A DNA stretch of 64,000 nt from Tetramitus jugosus (GCA_937625935.1 OW569394.1:1-64000), one strand, 5' to 3'; positions 31,125 through 44,400 are shown, counted from the stretch's first letter. Numbers and translations are program-made. Notes: generated by a model not told the origin, from the letters alone.

Positions 31125-34100
31125 ATGATTCTTCACTTCCATGTGATGAATTTGTCACAGGGCAATGGAAGAGAAATAGTGAAAAAGAACGAGACAAAGA
31201 ACTTGGTTTTTTCACTTTGTAACCAATTGATACCGAGGCACATTTTTGGGGCAATTATTGAGTTTATACCTGCATTTCCTTACTACTTTGTCATTCGATC
31301 TGTTTGTTCACAATGGTTGTATGAGTTTGAGGAGAAAATTTATGGTCAAGTTCATTACTTGGATCTTGTGAACGATGGCAAACCAAAGTTTTATGTTGTT
31401 CCACAACAACACACTAGCGGAGATGATGCGCAGATGGATGGCAAAGAAGGTAACAATGTTAAGATTGTCAGATATAAGCCAATTGATATGACAGGCAAAT
31501 ACTTTGACATTTCGACTTTGACTGAACCAGGTGTTGGGACACAAAGGTACAATCGTGTTCCAATCTATCACTTTTTGTCCCATGTTTTTCATAATGTCAG
31601 ACACTTGCGATTAGCATTTTCAACTTATAGCTCGCTTGAGATGTTTGATTGTTTGAAAACAATGCTACCAAGACTGACAAAACTTGAGAGATTGGATATT
31701 ATCGGTGCTCGATCATATAACTACTGGGGTGGCGCAACAGCAAACTTATTTGCGGAAAGTCTTTGTGATTTGGTTGCTCACCTGCCTTCATGGCTGAAAT
31801 CTTTGCATTTGATTGGCATTAAACTAGAATATGTTGAAGACACTTTCATTGTGCTCCAGTCATTGACGGATCGAGGAAGAAACATTTCAGGGGTGAAACA
31901 ATCTGGGAATACTGGTAGAATGATCGAGGCAAACATCAACGAATTACATCTGAATCATTGCTTTTTCGAGAGAAACTACTCTGTGGATTGTCGCAGAGTG
32001 ATCAAGGAACTGCGCCAGGTCATACCATCTCTGATCATTCTAGAATCACTCGACTGTAATGTCATATCTTCACACACAGATCTACCAAGTGTTTCGTACG
32101 CTGACTATATCAGATATATGACTGAAAGGGAGGGTATTGTGTTGTCTTATCTTGCTCAATACGATCTCGAAATGCAGAGGGACGATGTTATAGATGCCAT
32201 TGTGGATGCAGCTGTTAGTGAATATCCCCATTTTAAATCAGTCATCGATCGAAGCATGGCTGGAAGAGATTGGCAACTGCATCCCCGAACACCTCCTGAT
32301 TTATCTGTGATCATGCAACATCCTCGCGCAACATCCCATCTACTCTCTGTGTTAACAGACATTGAGAGAATGAAATATCCAGAACTAGTTTTAGATGTTA
32401 ATCATGCCTATCCTTATTGCGGGATACCAGATGCAGGAATGACTGTTCTTACATCCCTCATTCAAAATTGCAGAAGCGAAGATGCTCTTAAAGCTATTAA
32501 AACTGTTGTCACACAGTATGGAGCACTACTAGCGGTTGACAGTGCCAGAAATTATTTGTTAGAAGCATATTCGCTTCCAGACACTGAAATTCGCTCCAAA
32601 CTAGTTGAATATATATTGATGAAGAAACCAGATCTGGTCCTTCTAGGGGATTCTTCAGGAATCATTCGTTGTGATCAAAAGCAGTTACCTATGTTGCATT
32701 TGATGATCAAGTACTGCTTTGCCAACCCACAGGAGAATCTTGTTAACTTTCAGTACCTTGTTAGAAGAGGAGCATCATTATCAAATTTGAGTTCTCAAGG
32801 CGATAACTACTTGCATCTATCCTGTCAACTATTGGACACCAACTACTTGAAGTTCTTCCTTGCCAATGGATCAATGGATGATCTCTTTGTAAAGAATGCT
32901 CATAATCAAACTCCTCTCGAAATGGTGTTCCTGGACTCAGCATCAACCTACATGCATGGTAGTCATTCATCTCCCGGTCAATTTTTGGAATCCATAGATA
33001 AGTTATCTGTTTTGAAGCAGGGAAAAGAATGTATCTTCAAGGAATATGAAACATCATGTGGAACACTACTACACGCAGCAGTGAAGAACAGCTTCTATCA
33101 AGACTCTTCCATTGATTTTCTTCTAAAGAAGGGAGTTGATGCAAATGCACTTAACACCCATGGAGAGAATGTGCTATTCTCTTGCAAGAATCAAACTCCA
33201 CCCTTTCGATTTCTTTACACACTCTCAGCGGCTCGATTCGAGAAGAGAGTGAATCAATTGATCAATGCAGGGGCGCAAGTAGATTGTTTGAATAATGAAG
33301 GCACATCCGTTATCATGAAAGCCCTAGAGCAAGAGAACTATCCATTAACTAAGGCTATCATTGAAAAATTATCAGATGACAACATTGCAGAGCTTTTGAA
33401 AGATAGAAAAAGAAATGGAGTCAATGCTCTGCACTTTACAATCCCCCTATTGACAAACATAGTTGAAAAACTATCTAGCATGAACAGAAAGCAGAAGGTG
33501 TTATGTGAAGGAAACTATCCTATCGCACTTCGTTGCGCCAAGTTGTGCATCAAATACCATCCTGAGATGTTCAATGAGAGAGAACATGTCGATGGGGGCG
33601 TGGATCAAACTACTCCTAGTCCTCTTGAGATACTACTCAGCTCCTCTCACGGTCATTTCCTATTGAGTGATTTAGCCATCGATATGAGTGAGCTAGCCAA
33701 CAAACCGATTGTTCTTCCAGATAAGCAAGTAGCCCAGTTACCTGCTGTATTTGTTGCGCTGAGTAAGACCGGTAGTCATGTGCTATTTGACAAAATTTTG
33801 AGTCACACGACTGACGCTATGGCTTATGACAATTCAGATGTTCACAAATCCAATTTGTTGCAAATAACTGCCAGAAACAACTTCAGTATGTGTCAATCAG
33901 TGCTCAAGTACTGGAAAAAGCACTACTCAAAGAAAGAACTATGCGACCTGATCAGTAAACCTCTTGAGAATGACGATGTGAACGAAAGAAGACCTAGCAA
34001 CTCTGTCACTCTCTCATGCATCGAGGGACAATTCGAAGTGTTCAGTATTTTGTGGCCGTATGTCCATTCAAACGCAGAATTATTGGATAATCCTGTTGAG

Positions 34101-34901
34101 GTAGCAATGGACCACAATCAGTATAATTTTGCTTTGAACTGTATGATACAACACGGTATTTTACCCTCATCTAAATCTCGAATGCAATCAATCATTCGAT
34201 ATCATCTCTGCAATCAAAAGCTGAATAGAACTCATGACCTTAAAGTTGTTGATTGGTTGGAATGCTTGAGAGAAGAATCAGCAGCAGAAGGCTCTTGGAT
34301 TGATATCCTTTGTGCCACACCTGCTGAACCCAGCCAAGAAGAGAATGAGAATATGAGCACATTCAAATTGTTACTTGTGAATGCATTTTCGAATACTCTT
34401 GGTTGGTTCTTCAAACACTTTATGCACCATTCTAAATTTTCAGATGTGATTCTGTCCGTAGATGTTCAAACAGGGGAAACTTTACTACATCTATTGACAG
34501 GTGAATTGTTTCCAAGGAGTGAGTATGAATCTTGTCACGAAATTCTAAACCTAATACTCCAATACCTTGACTCTCTGGATGACAGTGAGAAGGTTTCGAG
34601 CTTTGTCAATCATCGAAATCAATTGGGTCAAACTTGTCTGCACCACATCGTCACCAATATAGATATTCATAGCATGATACCGACTCTTGTGCGATACGGA
34701 GCTGACATTACCATCACAGACAAGGAAGGCCATTCACCCTTGGACATTGCAAGTGCAAGCATAAAGAGAAGCATCATGAGACGAATGAATACTCAAAGTA
34801 AGACATCCAAGAGAAAAAGAGATACTACCTCATCAATCACCATCTCAGACGATAGCGAAGAAGATGAACCAATCGCAAAGAGAAGACGCCGCCGTACATA
34901 A
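31125..34901 (+). CDS. F-box + LRR-like + ankyrin-repeat protein
   Basis: IPRHIFGAIIEF...VCSQW; GDNYLHL, GTLLHAAV, GQTCLHH, GHSPLDIA ankyrin motifs; C-terminal KRRRRRT. Confidence 0.85.
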   Translation: MILHFHVMNLSQGNGREIVKKNETKNLVFSLCNQLIPRHIFGAIIEFIPAFPYYFVIRSVCSQWLYEFEEKIYGQVHYLDLVNDGKPKFYVVPQQHTSGDDAQMDGKEGNNVKIVRYKPIDMTGKYFDISTLTEPGVGTQRYNRVPIYHFLSHVFHNVRHLRLAFSTYSSLEMFDCLKTMLPRLTKLERLDIIGARSYNYWGGATANLFAESLCDLVAHLPSWLKSLHLIGIKLEYVEDTFIVLQSLTDRGRNISGVKQSGNTGRMIEANINELHLNHCFFERNYSVDCRRVIKELRQVIPSLIILESLDCNVISSHTDLPSVSYADYIRYMTEREGIVLSYLAQYDLEMQRDDVIDAIVDAAVSEYPHFKSVIDRSMAGRDWQLHPRTPPDLSVIMQHPRATSHLLSVLTDIERMKYPELVLDVNHAYPYCGIPDAGMTVLTSLIQNCRSEDALKAIKTVVTQYGALLAVDSARNYLLEAYSLPDTEIRSKLVEYILMKKPDLVLLGDSSGIIRCDQKQLPMLHLMIKYCFANPQENLVNFQYLVRRGASLSNLSSQGDNYLHLSCQLLDTNYLKFFLANGSMDDLFVKNAHNQTPLEMVFLDSASTYMHGSHSSPGQFLESIDKLSVLKQGKECIFKEYETSCGTLLHAAVKNSFYQDSSIDFLLKKGVDANALNTHGENVLFSCKNQTPPFRFLYTLSAARFEKRVNQLINAGAQVDCLNNEGTSVIMKALEQENYPLTKAIIEKLSDDNIAELLKDRKRNGVNALHFTIPLLTNIVEKLSSMNRKQKVLCEGNYPIALRCAKLCIKYHPEMFNEREHVDGGVDQTTPSPLEILLSSSHGHFLLSDLAIDMSELANKPIVLPDKQVAQLPAVFVALSKTGSHVLFDKILSHTTDAMAYDNSDVHKSNLLQITARNNFSMCQSVLKYWKKHYSKKELCDLISKPLENDDVNERRPSNSVTLSCIEGQFEVFSILWPYVHSNAELLDNPVEVAMDHNQYNFALNCMIQHGILPSSKSRMQSIIRYHLCNQKLNRTHDLKVVDWLECLREESAAEGSWIDILCATPAEPSQEENENMSTFKLLLVNAFSNTLGWFFKHFMHHSKFSDVILSVDVQTGETLLHLLTGELFPRSEYESCHEILNLILQYLDSLDDSEKVSSFVNHRNQLGQTCLHHIVTNIDIHSMIPTLVRYGADITITDKEGHSPLDIASASIKRSIMRRMNTQSKTSKRKRDTTSSITISDDSEEDEPIAKRRRRRT

Positions 34902-35024
34902 GTATGCGCCACTGGATCTGTAACGAATTTTTCTGATCCGCCATAACTCCGCCACTCCCAAAATAGATACCATACCGAAAAGAAGAAAAACAAAGCTGAA
35001 AAGTTTTTGCGCACGTTGGTCACA

Positions 35025-37652
35025 ATGGAGGATATCCCTGCTCAAGAACAACCAGATAAGATTGTTGAAACTGACCCGGCAATCGATGCCCAACAAGAAG
35101 TGCAAAATTTGCCATTTCAGGAAGTGTCCATTGCTCCCCAGAGCACACATGTTGAAAATGCAGTTCAAGAAGAGGTAAATGTGGCACCCAGTTCGTCCTC
35201 TTCAGCTTCTGCTGTAAACCTGACAGTACCCATTGCTGCACAAGCACAACAGGAACAACAAGATCAAACAAGAAGAGTAGAGGAAGATGAGGAAGATGAA
35301 GATGAAGATGAAGAAGTGGATAGTGAAGATGAAGGAGAAGAAGAAGAAAGAATTGTTGATCGATTTGAAAGTTTGTTTACAAATGTTGCGAGACCAGGTG
35401 ATTTTGCAGTTGGCTCCGTATTGTCTTCTGATTTTGCTGTTCCGGCCATTACTGTAAATGGTATTCCGTCCATGATTGGTTTACCTCTTGTTGAATCTCA
35501 AGCCAAGGAGATTATTGCTGTGGCATCGAAATCGCCCTTTGGTCGTCGAGAAGAAACGCTGTTTGATGACAATGTTCGTAACTCTTGGCAATTGGATCCC
35601 TCTCAATTCAAGATTAATAACACAAAGTGGAATAATCATGTCAAACAATTGCTTGATACAGGTGTGAGGCCAGGATTGGGCATTACAAATCTTCAAATCG
35701 GATGCAGTCTGTACAAGCTGTTGCTGTATGAGAAGGGAGGTCATTTCAAATTTCATAGAGATACAGAGAAGGAAGATGGAATGTTTGGTACGTTGATTAT
35801 TCAACTTCCATCGCTGTATGAAGGAGGTCAGATCACTGTCAGACATAGAAGAAGTGAACATACGTTTGATTTTGCCAAAGATGCTGCCTTTACTCCATAC
35901 TTTGCTGCATTTTATGCCGATTGTGAACATCAGATCCAAACGGTGACCAGTGGATATAGATTGTGTTTGATTTATAATCTTGTGTATCGTGGACCTGGTG
36001 AAGCTCCAAGAGTTCATGATCAAAGTGTAATCTATAATAATCTAATGAGATTACATAGAGAATGGATCGACAAGCCTGTTGCACCATCCAACCTCATCTA
36101 TATACTGGAACACAAATACTCAAAGTCAGGTTTAACCTTTTCGAATATGAAGGGCTTGGATGCAGCCATTCTTCAATTATTGAACAAGGCGAACACGGAA
36201 GGCAAATTTAATGTTTATCTAGCAATTCTAACTAAAGTTGAGATAGGTGCTGCTGACTATCATCGCGAATTTGTGGACGATGCTGAAACATCGGTAGAAC
36301 TCAGTAACTGGATGACTCCTGATAATAGAATGGCAAGCCTTCCCAAATACTCTATCGATCCAGATGAACAAGTTTTTCCATTCGACAGATATGAAGATCT
36401 GGAGATGAACAAGGAAGAATTCGAAGAAGCCACAGGAAACGAAGGAGCCACGTTAGAGAGATGGTATCAAACAGCGGTTATCGTCTTTTGGCCAGTTGAA
36501 AGATCAAACAATCTTTGGCTCGATATGGGAACAAATCTTGCAGTCCAGAAGCTTGGTTCAATGATTTCAGATGTAGTGGATCGAGATCAGATGATACAAT
36601 TCGCAAACAGGTTAATCACAAAGTGGGATTACAATGGAATAATTGTCCCCATGATTGAAAATATTAACCAGCTACGAGACACTCAATTGGCTATTCGTTT
36701 CTGTAATGAGGTGTTGGTCAAGAAATCATCCACGTATTCTTCGGGAGTTGGTCGCGCAATTAAGAGCTTAATAACTGTATTCGGTTGGAATACTATGCAA
36801 GAGTATGTCGCGCAATACATTCGGAGACTTGCCACTGAGGGATATGATGGAATGGAGAATGGAGTCAAATTTATTGGAGAACTTGCACCGACAACCATAG
36901 GTTCAACTATACAACCAAGCGACTATTTCATGTGTAATAATCTTGTCGATAGCATTTGGACTCAATATTGTTCGAGAGTGAGCAGCTCGTATTACTACTC
37001 TAGCTCCTCTGACCACGAAACCATTGGAAAGCTATTGGTTTATCTGTACAGATTGAACATGCAAGACAAAATATCCACCATAGTTACGTATATACTCCAG
37101 AACACTGAACGGTACAAGTCGGTGGCTTTTGTGTCCCCACTTGTGAAGAAATTAGTAACATCCATCGGAATCCCTTATTTCAAAGCGCTTGGCACCTCGC
37201 ATCCATTCTACATTGCTCTGGACACATGTATCACACGCATCAACAATGATATTAGGGAAGCTATTCGTCCTCCTACGGATTGGAATCTAAAAGTAACTGG
37301 ATACAACTGTCATGACCCTCGTTGTGCAAGCTGCACAAAGGTAAAAGCCTTTCTGAACAACCCAAGTCTGAGAGAGTTCTCAGTCAGAGCCAATCAATCC
37401 GAGAGAACACATGTTGAGCGTTTGGTGAGGTCACACACAAAGGATATTAAATTTGAAACGCTTCGAGTAGGAACTCCTCACACACTTAAAATGAGCAAAG
37501 AATGGAATAGTTATCGAGAATCAGTTGATTCCAGAAAGAAGGACGTGAGCGAGCTTAAACAATTGCAAGATATTCGAACAGCGATTCTTCAATCTGATAC
37601 AACTCCTGCACAACCAGTGAAGAAAGAAGAAGATGTCATTGTGATTGACTAA
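35025..37652 (+). CDS. 2OG-Fe(II) oxygenase domain protein with long helical C-terminus
   Basis: YKLLLYEKGGHFKFHRDTEK (HxD), FYADCEH, SGYRLCLIYNL; acidic N-terminus; ATG at 35025. Confidence 0.9.
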   Translation: MEDIPAQEQPDKIVETDPAIDAQQEVQNLPFQEVSIAPQSTHVENAVQEEVNVAPSSSSSASAVNLTVPIAAQAQQEQQDQTRRVEEDEEDEDEDEEVDSEDEGEEEERIVDRFESLFTNVARPGDFAVGSVLSSDFAVPAITVNGIPSMIGLPLVESQAKEIIAVASKSPFGRREETLFDDNVRNSWQLDPSQFKINNTKWNNHVKQLLDTGVRPGLGITNLQIGCSLYKLLLYEKGGHFKFHRDTEKEDGMFGTLIIQLPSLYEGGQITVRHRRSEHTFDFAKDAAFTPYFAAFYADCEHQIQTVTSGYRLCLIYNLVYRGPGEAPRVHDQSVIYNNLMRLHREWIDKPVAPSNLIYILEHKYSKSGLTFSNMKGLDAAILQLLNKANTEGKFNVYLAILTKVEIGAADYHREFVDDAETSVELSNWMTPDNRMASLPKYSIDPDEQVFPFDRYEDLEMNKEEFEEATGNEGATLERWYQTAVIVFWPVERSNNLWLDMGTNLAVQKLGSMISDVVDRDQMIQFANRLITKWDYNGIIVPMIENINQLRDTQLAIRFCNEVLVKKSSTYSSGVGRAIKSLITVFGWNTMQEYVAQYIRRLATEGYDGMENGVKFIGELAPTTIGSTIQPSDYFMCNNLVDSIWTQYCSRVSSSYYYSSSSDHETIGKLLVYLYRLNMQDKISTIVTYILQNTERYKSVAFVSPLVKKLVTSIGIPYFKALGTSHPFYIALDTCITRINNDIREAIRPPTDWNLKVTGYNCHDPRCASCTKVKAFLNNPSLREFSVRANQSERTHVERLVRSHTKDIKFETLRVGTPHTLKMSKEWNSYRESVDSRKKDVSELKQLQDIRTAILQSDTTPAQPVKKEEDVIVID

Positions 37653-37760
37653 TAAAGATCCAACTCCTTCTTAAGTAGGGCAGAATGTTCGAATGTCACA
37701 CCTTTACTCATAGTGAAAGTAGAGTTGAATCGAAACTCTCCTTCGTAGTCTGCAGTCGCA

Positions 37761-38165
37761 TCAGTTAAGACCCTTGAAAATTCGAACAATCTTCTTGAAA
37801 TGATTCGAATAATACGCAGTCACATAGTACCTGGGTGGTTGGACTCCTGAAGACCAATGATATCTCTGGAAATCTCTGCGTTGACTAACAAATGCCATAA
37901 TGAATTGATCCTCTTCAAGTGAATTTGCAAAGAACCTCTCACCTGCATTTCTTGAGGTAGTTGGTTCTCCCAATTGATCAATCAATTGCTCTACTGTTGG
38001 TACTGGCTGTGTTGTGACACTTGTTGCCGATCCGCTTGGAGCTTTGACAGAGTGAACCGAGTGAATGTCCGCGGCCCTTGTTTCCAAGTCTGGATAGTAA
38101 GGAAGTTGTTTGTCTTCACCAGCAGGTGGAGCTGAAGAGGTAGATTTTGATGCAGTTGATCCCAT
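37761..38165 (-). CDS. Small hypothetical protein with N-myristoylation motif
   Basis: MGSTAS (G2, S6); clean 134-aa ORF. Confidence 0.6.
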   Translation of the reverse strand: MGSTASKSTSSAPPAGEDKQLPYYPDLETRAADIHSVHSVKAPSGSATSVTTQPVPTVEQLIDQLGEPTTSRNAGERFFANSLEEDQFIMAFVSQRRDFQRYHWSSGVQPPRYYVTAYYSNHFKKIVRIFKGLN

Positions 38166-38443
38166 GTTACAGACAGCGTTGAGTGAAGCACTAATTTATG
38201 GCCATACGAACAAACCAAGAAATAAGGGTACTGCACATCGGAAAAACATTTTCTTCAACGAAATTACTGACTATTTTTCATAATCTCCGATTATCGAAAG
38301 TTGTTACAATAAACACACTTCGAACGCTCGCCATTGGCTGCATCCCTTCACCCCATTCTCCAAAACCCAACTCCAAAAACAACACCAACAACTCAACATG
38401 TGAAACAACAACATCAAAAAATTTATTTTTTTCTTCTGAGCTT

Positions 38444-41400
38444 TTAAGAAATTCTGCTGTTCCATGCCGTTCTTTCTCTTCTTTCAAAGCGAGTCGGTGT
38501 TGAAGGACTTCCAATCAGTTCAGCTTCACTGTTTGATGAGTCATTGTCATTAGCTGACGTCATATCTGTCATTTCAATATCAATTCTTGGTGATAACCTC
38601 TTTGATAACATCATGGACCTTAGTTTGTTATCATCTTCATTCTTGACCTTGTACATTCTTCTTGCAAAGCTTGAAAATTGTTCATCTTCTAATGAAGAGA
38701 CATTCTTGTCCAGAACAAACTCAAATTTCCATGCGTCTAGTTTGGCTTGTTTTTGCTTCTTTCTTCTCATGTTCAACAGTCGCCAAATCAAAACGATAGC
38801 GACAAAGAAGAACAGTGCTAAGAATAGGAGGAAAAAGAGGGAACCGGCAATGGAGGAAACAGCGACTACGACTCCCTTGGCAAACTGTTTGATGTTTGCC
38901 GCGGGCGCCACTTCCAAAAATTTCTTTGGAATTTCCGTCATGTTACATGTTGCGAATTGGCAAGTGACCCAGAGTCGATCAATGAGCACTGAGAGCATTG
39001 TTGTATCTAACGAAGCTTGTACGTGTCTTGATTTTTGTTGTGTGAGGCTTTGTCCAAGTGCAACATGTCCAGTTGATAACATTTGCTTGAATGCATAAAT
39101 TTGGTTTCTTTCAGTCAGGAATGACAATGTACAAACATTTGAGTATCCTTGCTTCAATGTCACATCGATCCGCCAAGGTTCATCAGGAATTGGATCCGAA
39201 CTGTTGGTCGAAATATTCTGTAAGGACAACCAATGGTTGAACAAGGTTACGTTCGTATTGATCATTTCAATCTCGGGTCTTACAAGTTTAAGAGTAAGAC
39301 TGTGAGGCACTCCCAGTGAAAAATTGGAACATGTTTCACTGATTTTATGCTCGAGAGGTCCCAGTTGATAAGTCGCGGATATCGTCTTGGAACCTGTGGA
39401 ATCAACACTGAGAATTGCACGTGCATTGTATGTTTCATCGTTTTCTGAAATGTATGAAAGCTCAATGAGATTACCAACTTGTCCAGGATCAATCACAAAC
39501 TCTACTGAGAGTTGTTGGTCAACTTGATCGACGAGAGCTTCCTTCGACTTTAGTATGGACCTTGGATACGAATCAGAGAGATGTGATATTATTTTGGTAA
39601 TGGAACGACTCGACGTTTCATCGAAGGATATCCATTCCGTGGATATAGCGTTCGATGCGGTTGGTTCAAAGCTATCCAGCATCGTATCTTTGTCAAATGA
39701 ATCATAGAATGACAATAAACTGGTGTCAAGATAATAGAAGAATGCGGTCGTTTCTCTTGGCGAGAAGTCTCTGTTTAACATTGAGACAGTCAGTTGTACA
39801 ACATGGTTGTTAGCGCCTTCGAAATGAGGCACTTCGCATGTTACATATCGAACAGAAACACTGGTCGAAGGAACTTCTATTGCAACTTCTCCATTGATTT
39901 CCTTCAATCGGAATGTGCAAGTGATATTCTTTTCCGTGGAGAACCATGAGCCATGAACAGTAATGATATCACCGTGCTTGGCAGTCGTAGGTGTTATTCT
40001 CTGAATCAATGGTTGGAAGTACACGAGTGACATGCCTGTTTGGGGAACGGGAGTTGAGTCTGCTACGGAGTAAATCATTATTCTAGTGAACTCAATGCTT
40101 GCCTTATCAGACGGCCACATGAATGATGGTTTGAAGCATGCATCACCAGCTAAGCCCACAGAGCTACATTTGACAAGTTGAGTGGTCACATTGACTCTCG
40201 CATTGGGATCTTCTAGTCGGATTCTAGATTTACCATCCATTGTCAAATGTTGTCCATTCAACCGAATCCAAGAATTCAAAGAGTCTGATGGAACACCAGA
40301 TGGAGAAATTAATTCAACTCTTGGTTCCCATTTACCTACAATTGAAAACTCTTTGCTTCTCAGTTCTCGAGGATAATTTGCAGGTGAAATATTGACAGGT
40401 TTGTTTCGAGGAATAATAGTGATGAGTCTCTTGAGTTTGTCATTGAGATAGATGTAGGAACTTGACTCCAACTTCACACCAGCAAAGAATCCCCCATAAA
40501 TATCAGAAACAAGTATGAGTTGATTCTCATGAACTCTTGATAAATAGTTTCTACGCATGATATGAACATCTCCATCCACGTGTAAAATTGCTTGCACATC
40601 TTGAACTGAAGGGAAGGATTCTAAAGCAACATGTTCAGAAAGTTCTCCAGATCGAGAAAGATGGAGGACAACAACAACGCCACTCGTTCTTCTTCGAGCA
40701 AACATGTACAGATCATCAGTCGTTGGGTCAATAGTAACGAATCGGTTATCGTTTTCTTCCACTAGAGGATAATACTCAGTAATAGCATGTACTCTATCAC
40801 CATCCTTGCTTGTTAAACTTAGGTGACTAACTCTAATACCTCCCATAAAGGAAACCACAATCAAAGAGTTTTGGCGAACAAATACTGCAGAGGAACTCAA
40901 TCGTGGGATACTTTGTGCAGGCGCAGGTCTCATAAGCTTCAAAGATTGAGAATCTACAGAATACAACCCTTCTTCTCTTAACAGATAGAACTGTTTTGAG
41001 TATTCACTGTATAGAGTGTGGGAAGCGTTCACTGACACGAAGCTGTACACTGATTTACCACAGTTCATATCAACCAGAGATATATTCTGATTGATTCCAT
41101 ATGGAATAGCGACCAGTAAAAATTCACCACTCGATTCACATTGGCTTCTCACTATCTCACAATCGGATCCAGAAAAGCGTGGTTGACATATGCATCTATC
41201 TGGAGCAACACACTCCCCTCGACCACTACAAACATTGGTCTGGTTTCCTAACTTACCATAGCATACTGGAATATTACATCCATCAGCCACATAACCTTTC
41301 AGGCAGTTACAATAGTTGGGCTTTTCACATAAACCATGTCCAGAACAAACATTGGATTCATTTGAGAGAGATCCGTAGCACCGAATAACATGACACTCAT

Positions 41401-44400
41401 CACCCACATAACCTGAGGAACAATCACACATATTCGGTTCTACACAAGAACCAGCTCCACTGCAAACTGAAGGATCTGAAGCAGGGATATCAAAACAGAT
41501 TGGAACAGAGCAATTACTTCCAGTGTACTGGTTCGTACAAGAGCATACATCGGGAGCAGTACAATTTCCATTACCGTAACATACTCCCTGAGCATCTTGA
41601 CTGATGCCAAAACAAATATTTAACTCACATTGGCTCCCTGTTTTGCCACTGAAACAGGAGCATGAATCGGGAGTAACACAGCCACCAAATCCATTACATA
41701 CGCTCCTGTTGTTTCCAGCAATACCAAAACATATTGGGATTTCACAATTCTCACCAGTAAACTCGTTCGAACATTTACATTCATCTGGTAATACACAAGC
41801 CCCGTTACCTGAACAAACTGTTGGATTGGTTTCATTCAAACCAAAGCACACATTAATTTCACATTGCACACCAATGCGGCCCGATCGACAGTCACATGAA
41901 TCAGGAGAAACACAAGTACCATTCATTGAACAAACATTCACATCAGTTGCGAGTTTTCCATAGCAAATAGGAATATCACAGTTAGGTCCTGTGTATCCAG
42001 TCTCTTCTCTACAAACACACTTGTTTGGAGCTACACACTTTCCATGACTACCACACACCAACGGATCAGATTCATTACGCGAATAACAAATATTAAGTTC
42101 ACATCTATCACCAGTTCGGCCTTCTATACAACTGCAAGTGTCCACACCAATACATGTTCCATTTGAGGAGCAAACATTAGGATCGGTTTCGTTAATTCCA
42201 AAACACATAGATAGTTGACATTCATATCCCGTTTTTCCAAATGTTCGACTACAATTGCATGTATCGGCATACACACACGTACCAACACTAGAGCAGACAT
42301 GTGGGAAGTAAGCAGCAACTCCGTAACATATTGGAATAGAACAATCTTTTCCTTCCCATCCATATGAACAGTTACATTTGTCCACAGAGTAACAAACTCC
42401 ATGTCCACTACAAACAATAGGATCAGACTCATTTCTATCATAACAAATGTTCAACTCACACGCTGGTCCAGTTCGACCCTGATCACACTGACATGTATCA
42501 GTGTACATACAGTTTCCTCGACCAGAGCACACAGCACGATAGTTGTTTCCAGCTATTCCGAAACAGACTGGTATGTTGCACTCTGTCCCGGTCCATTCAT
42601 TCCATGTACAGTTGCACTTATGAGGTGCCACACATCGTCCATGTTGATTACAAACTAACGAATCTGTTTCATTGTAGCCATAGCAAAAGTTCAACTCACA
42701 ATTGTCACCTGTTCTACCCTCGCTACATAAACAAACATCAGGTTCGTAACAAAATCCATACCGGGAACATACTGATCGATTGGTACCCCAAATACCATAA
42801 CACAAAGGAATACTACAATCTCGACTCACCCATCCATTAGTACAATTACATTTATCAGGTTTGTAACAATCACCATGAGTAGCACACACTTCAGGATCTG
42901 TTGTGTTCACTTCGAAGCAACTTGGGTAAAAACATTCCAACCCAGAGTATCCATAGTCACATTTACATGTGTCCGGAGCGACGCAATCTCCGTGGTCAGA
43001 GCAAACATTTAGAGTGTCGTTTGACAGTTTACTGTAACATATTGCGTGCTGACACTGCTTTCCAGCATAACCAACATCACAAACACATTCATGAGGAGAA
43101 CTACAAACACCATGTCCTGAACATACTGAAACATCAACATCTAGTTTTCCATAACAATCAATATACTGACAATCAGTACCATTAAAACCTGATTTACAGA
43201 TACACTGATCCGGTCGTTGACACATTCCTCGTCCATGACAAACAAAAGTTTCATTCTTCTCAAGGATTCCATTACAAACATTTTGTTCACATTCCAAACC
43301 ACCATAACCGCGAGTACAAACACAAAAGTCAACATTAATACAGTTGCCTTGTCCTAAATGAGAGTTACATGATGGTGGGACAGTCGTCAAGTTTTTGCCG
43401 TGACAAGTCAATGGAACACAATCACCTTTGGCATCAAACTTTGTCAAGCAAGTGCAATTATTGGGAGCAACACACGTTCCATTTTTACCAAAGTTGCATG
43501 ATGCAGGATTAGTAGCATTCAATCCGAAACATATTGGAGTGCTGCAATACACATCGGTATATCCAACTGAGCAATTGCATTTGTTGGGTGATAAGCAAGA
43601 ACCGTGGCCAGAGCAATCCAAGCTTGTTGATAGAACAAGATCAATAGAAGTACCAGGTGCTTGATAAATCGTTTCAATACCAGTGATTCTATCAAAGTAT
43701 CTACTGTAACACACGGGATAACTGCAGTTACCTCCAGTGTAGCCAGGGATGGGTTGAGAACTACATACACAATTCTCTGGCTCAACACAATAACCTTTTC
43801 CACTACACACTAATGGATCATTGGTATTTCTACCATGACATATTGTGTATTGACATCTATCACCATTGTATCCTGTTGTACAATTACAATTTCCTGGACC
43901 TATGCATTCTCCACGAGCAGAGCAAGCAAGTGGATTATTAGACAAGTATCCAAAGCAATTAATAAACTGACATCTGTCTCCTGACCATTTATCAGGATCA
44001 CAAATACATGTGTTCAGGTATTTGCATTCTCCACGACCAGTACACACATTTGGAGTGTCAGTCATGTTATAACCAAAACAAGATGTGAATTCGCAATTGT
44101 TTCCTGAGAAGCCAGATTTACACACACAGGTGTCTCTGGTGATACACGATCCATTTCCAGAACAAACATCAGTATCATCAGGTAACATGTTGAAGCAAGT
44201 CACTCCATTATACAGCAACATTGAATGAGACAATCCAGTTGAGAAGGATTCTGCATATCGCATGGTGAACTCACTACCGACAATGGCAGGTAACACTCGA
44301 TCAACATTGGAAAAGTCTCCCAATTGACCAAATGAGTTTGTACCCCAAGCAACCACTTCGCCATCGTCAGTCAGTGCAAATGAAGTGCCATTTCCACTCG

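Noticed and set aside
31019-31222. Alternative N-terminus of the F-box/ankyrin gene via frameshift at a T6 run
   Set aside because: The main frame has its own ATGs; not decidable without reads
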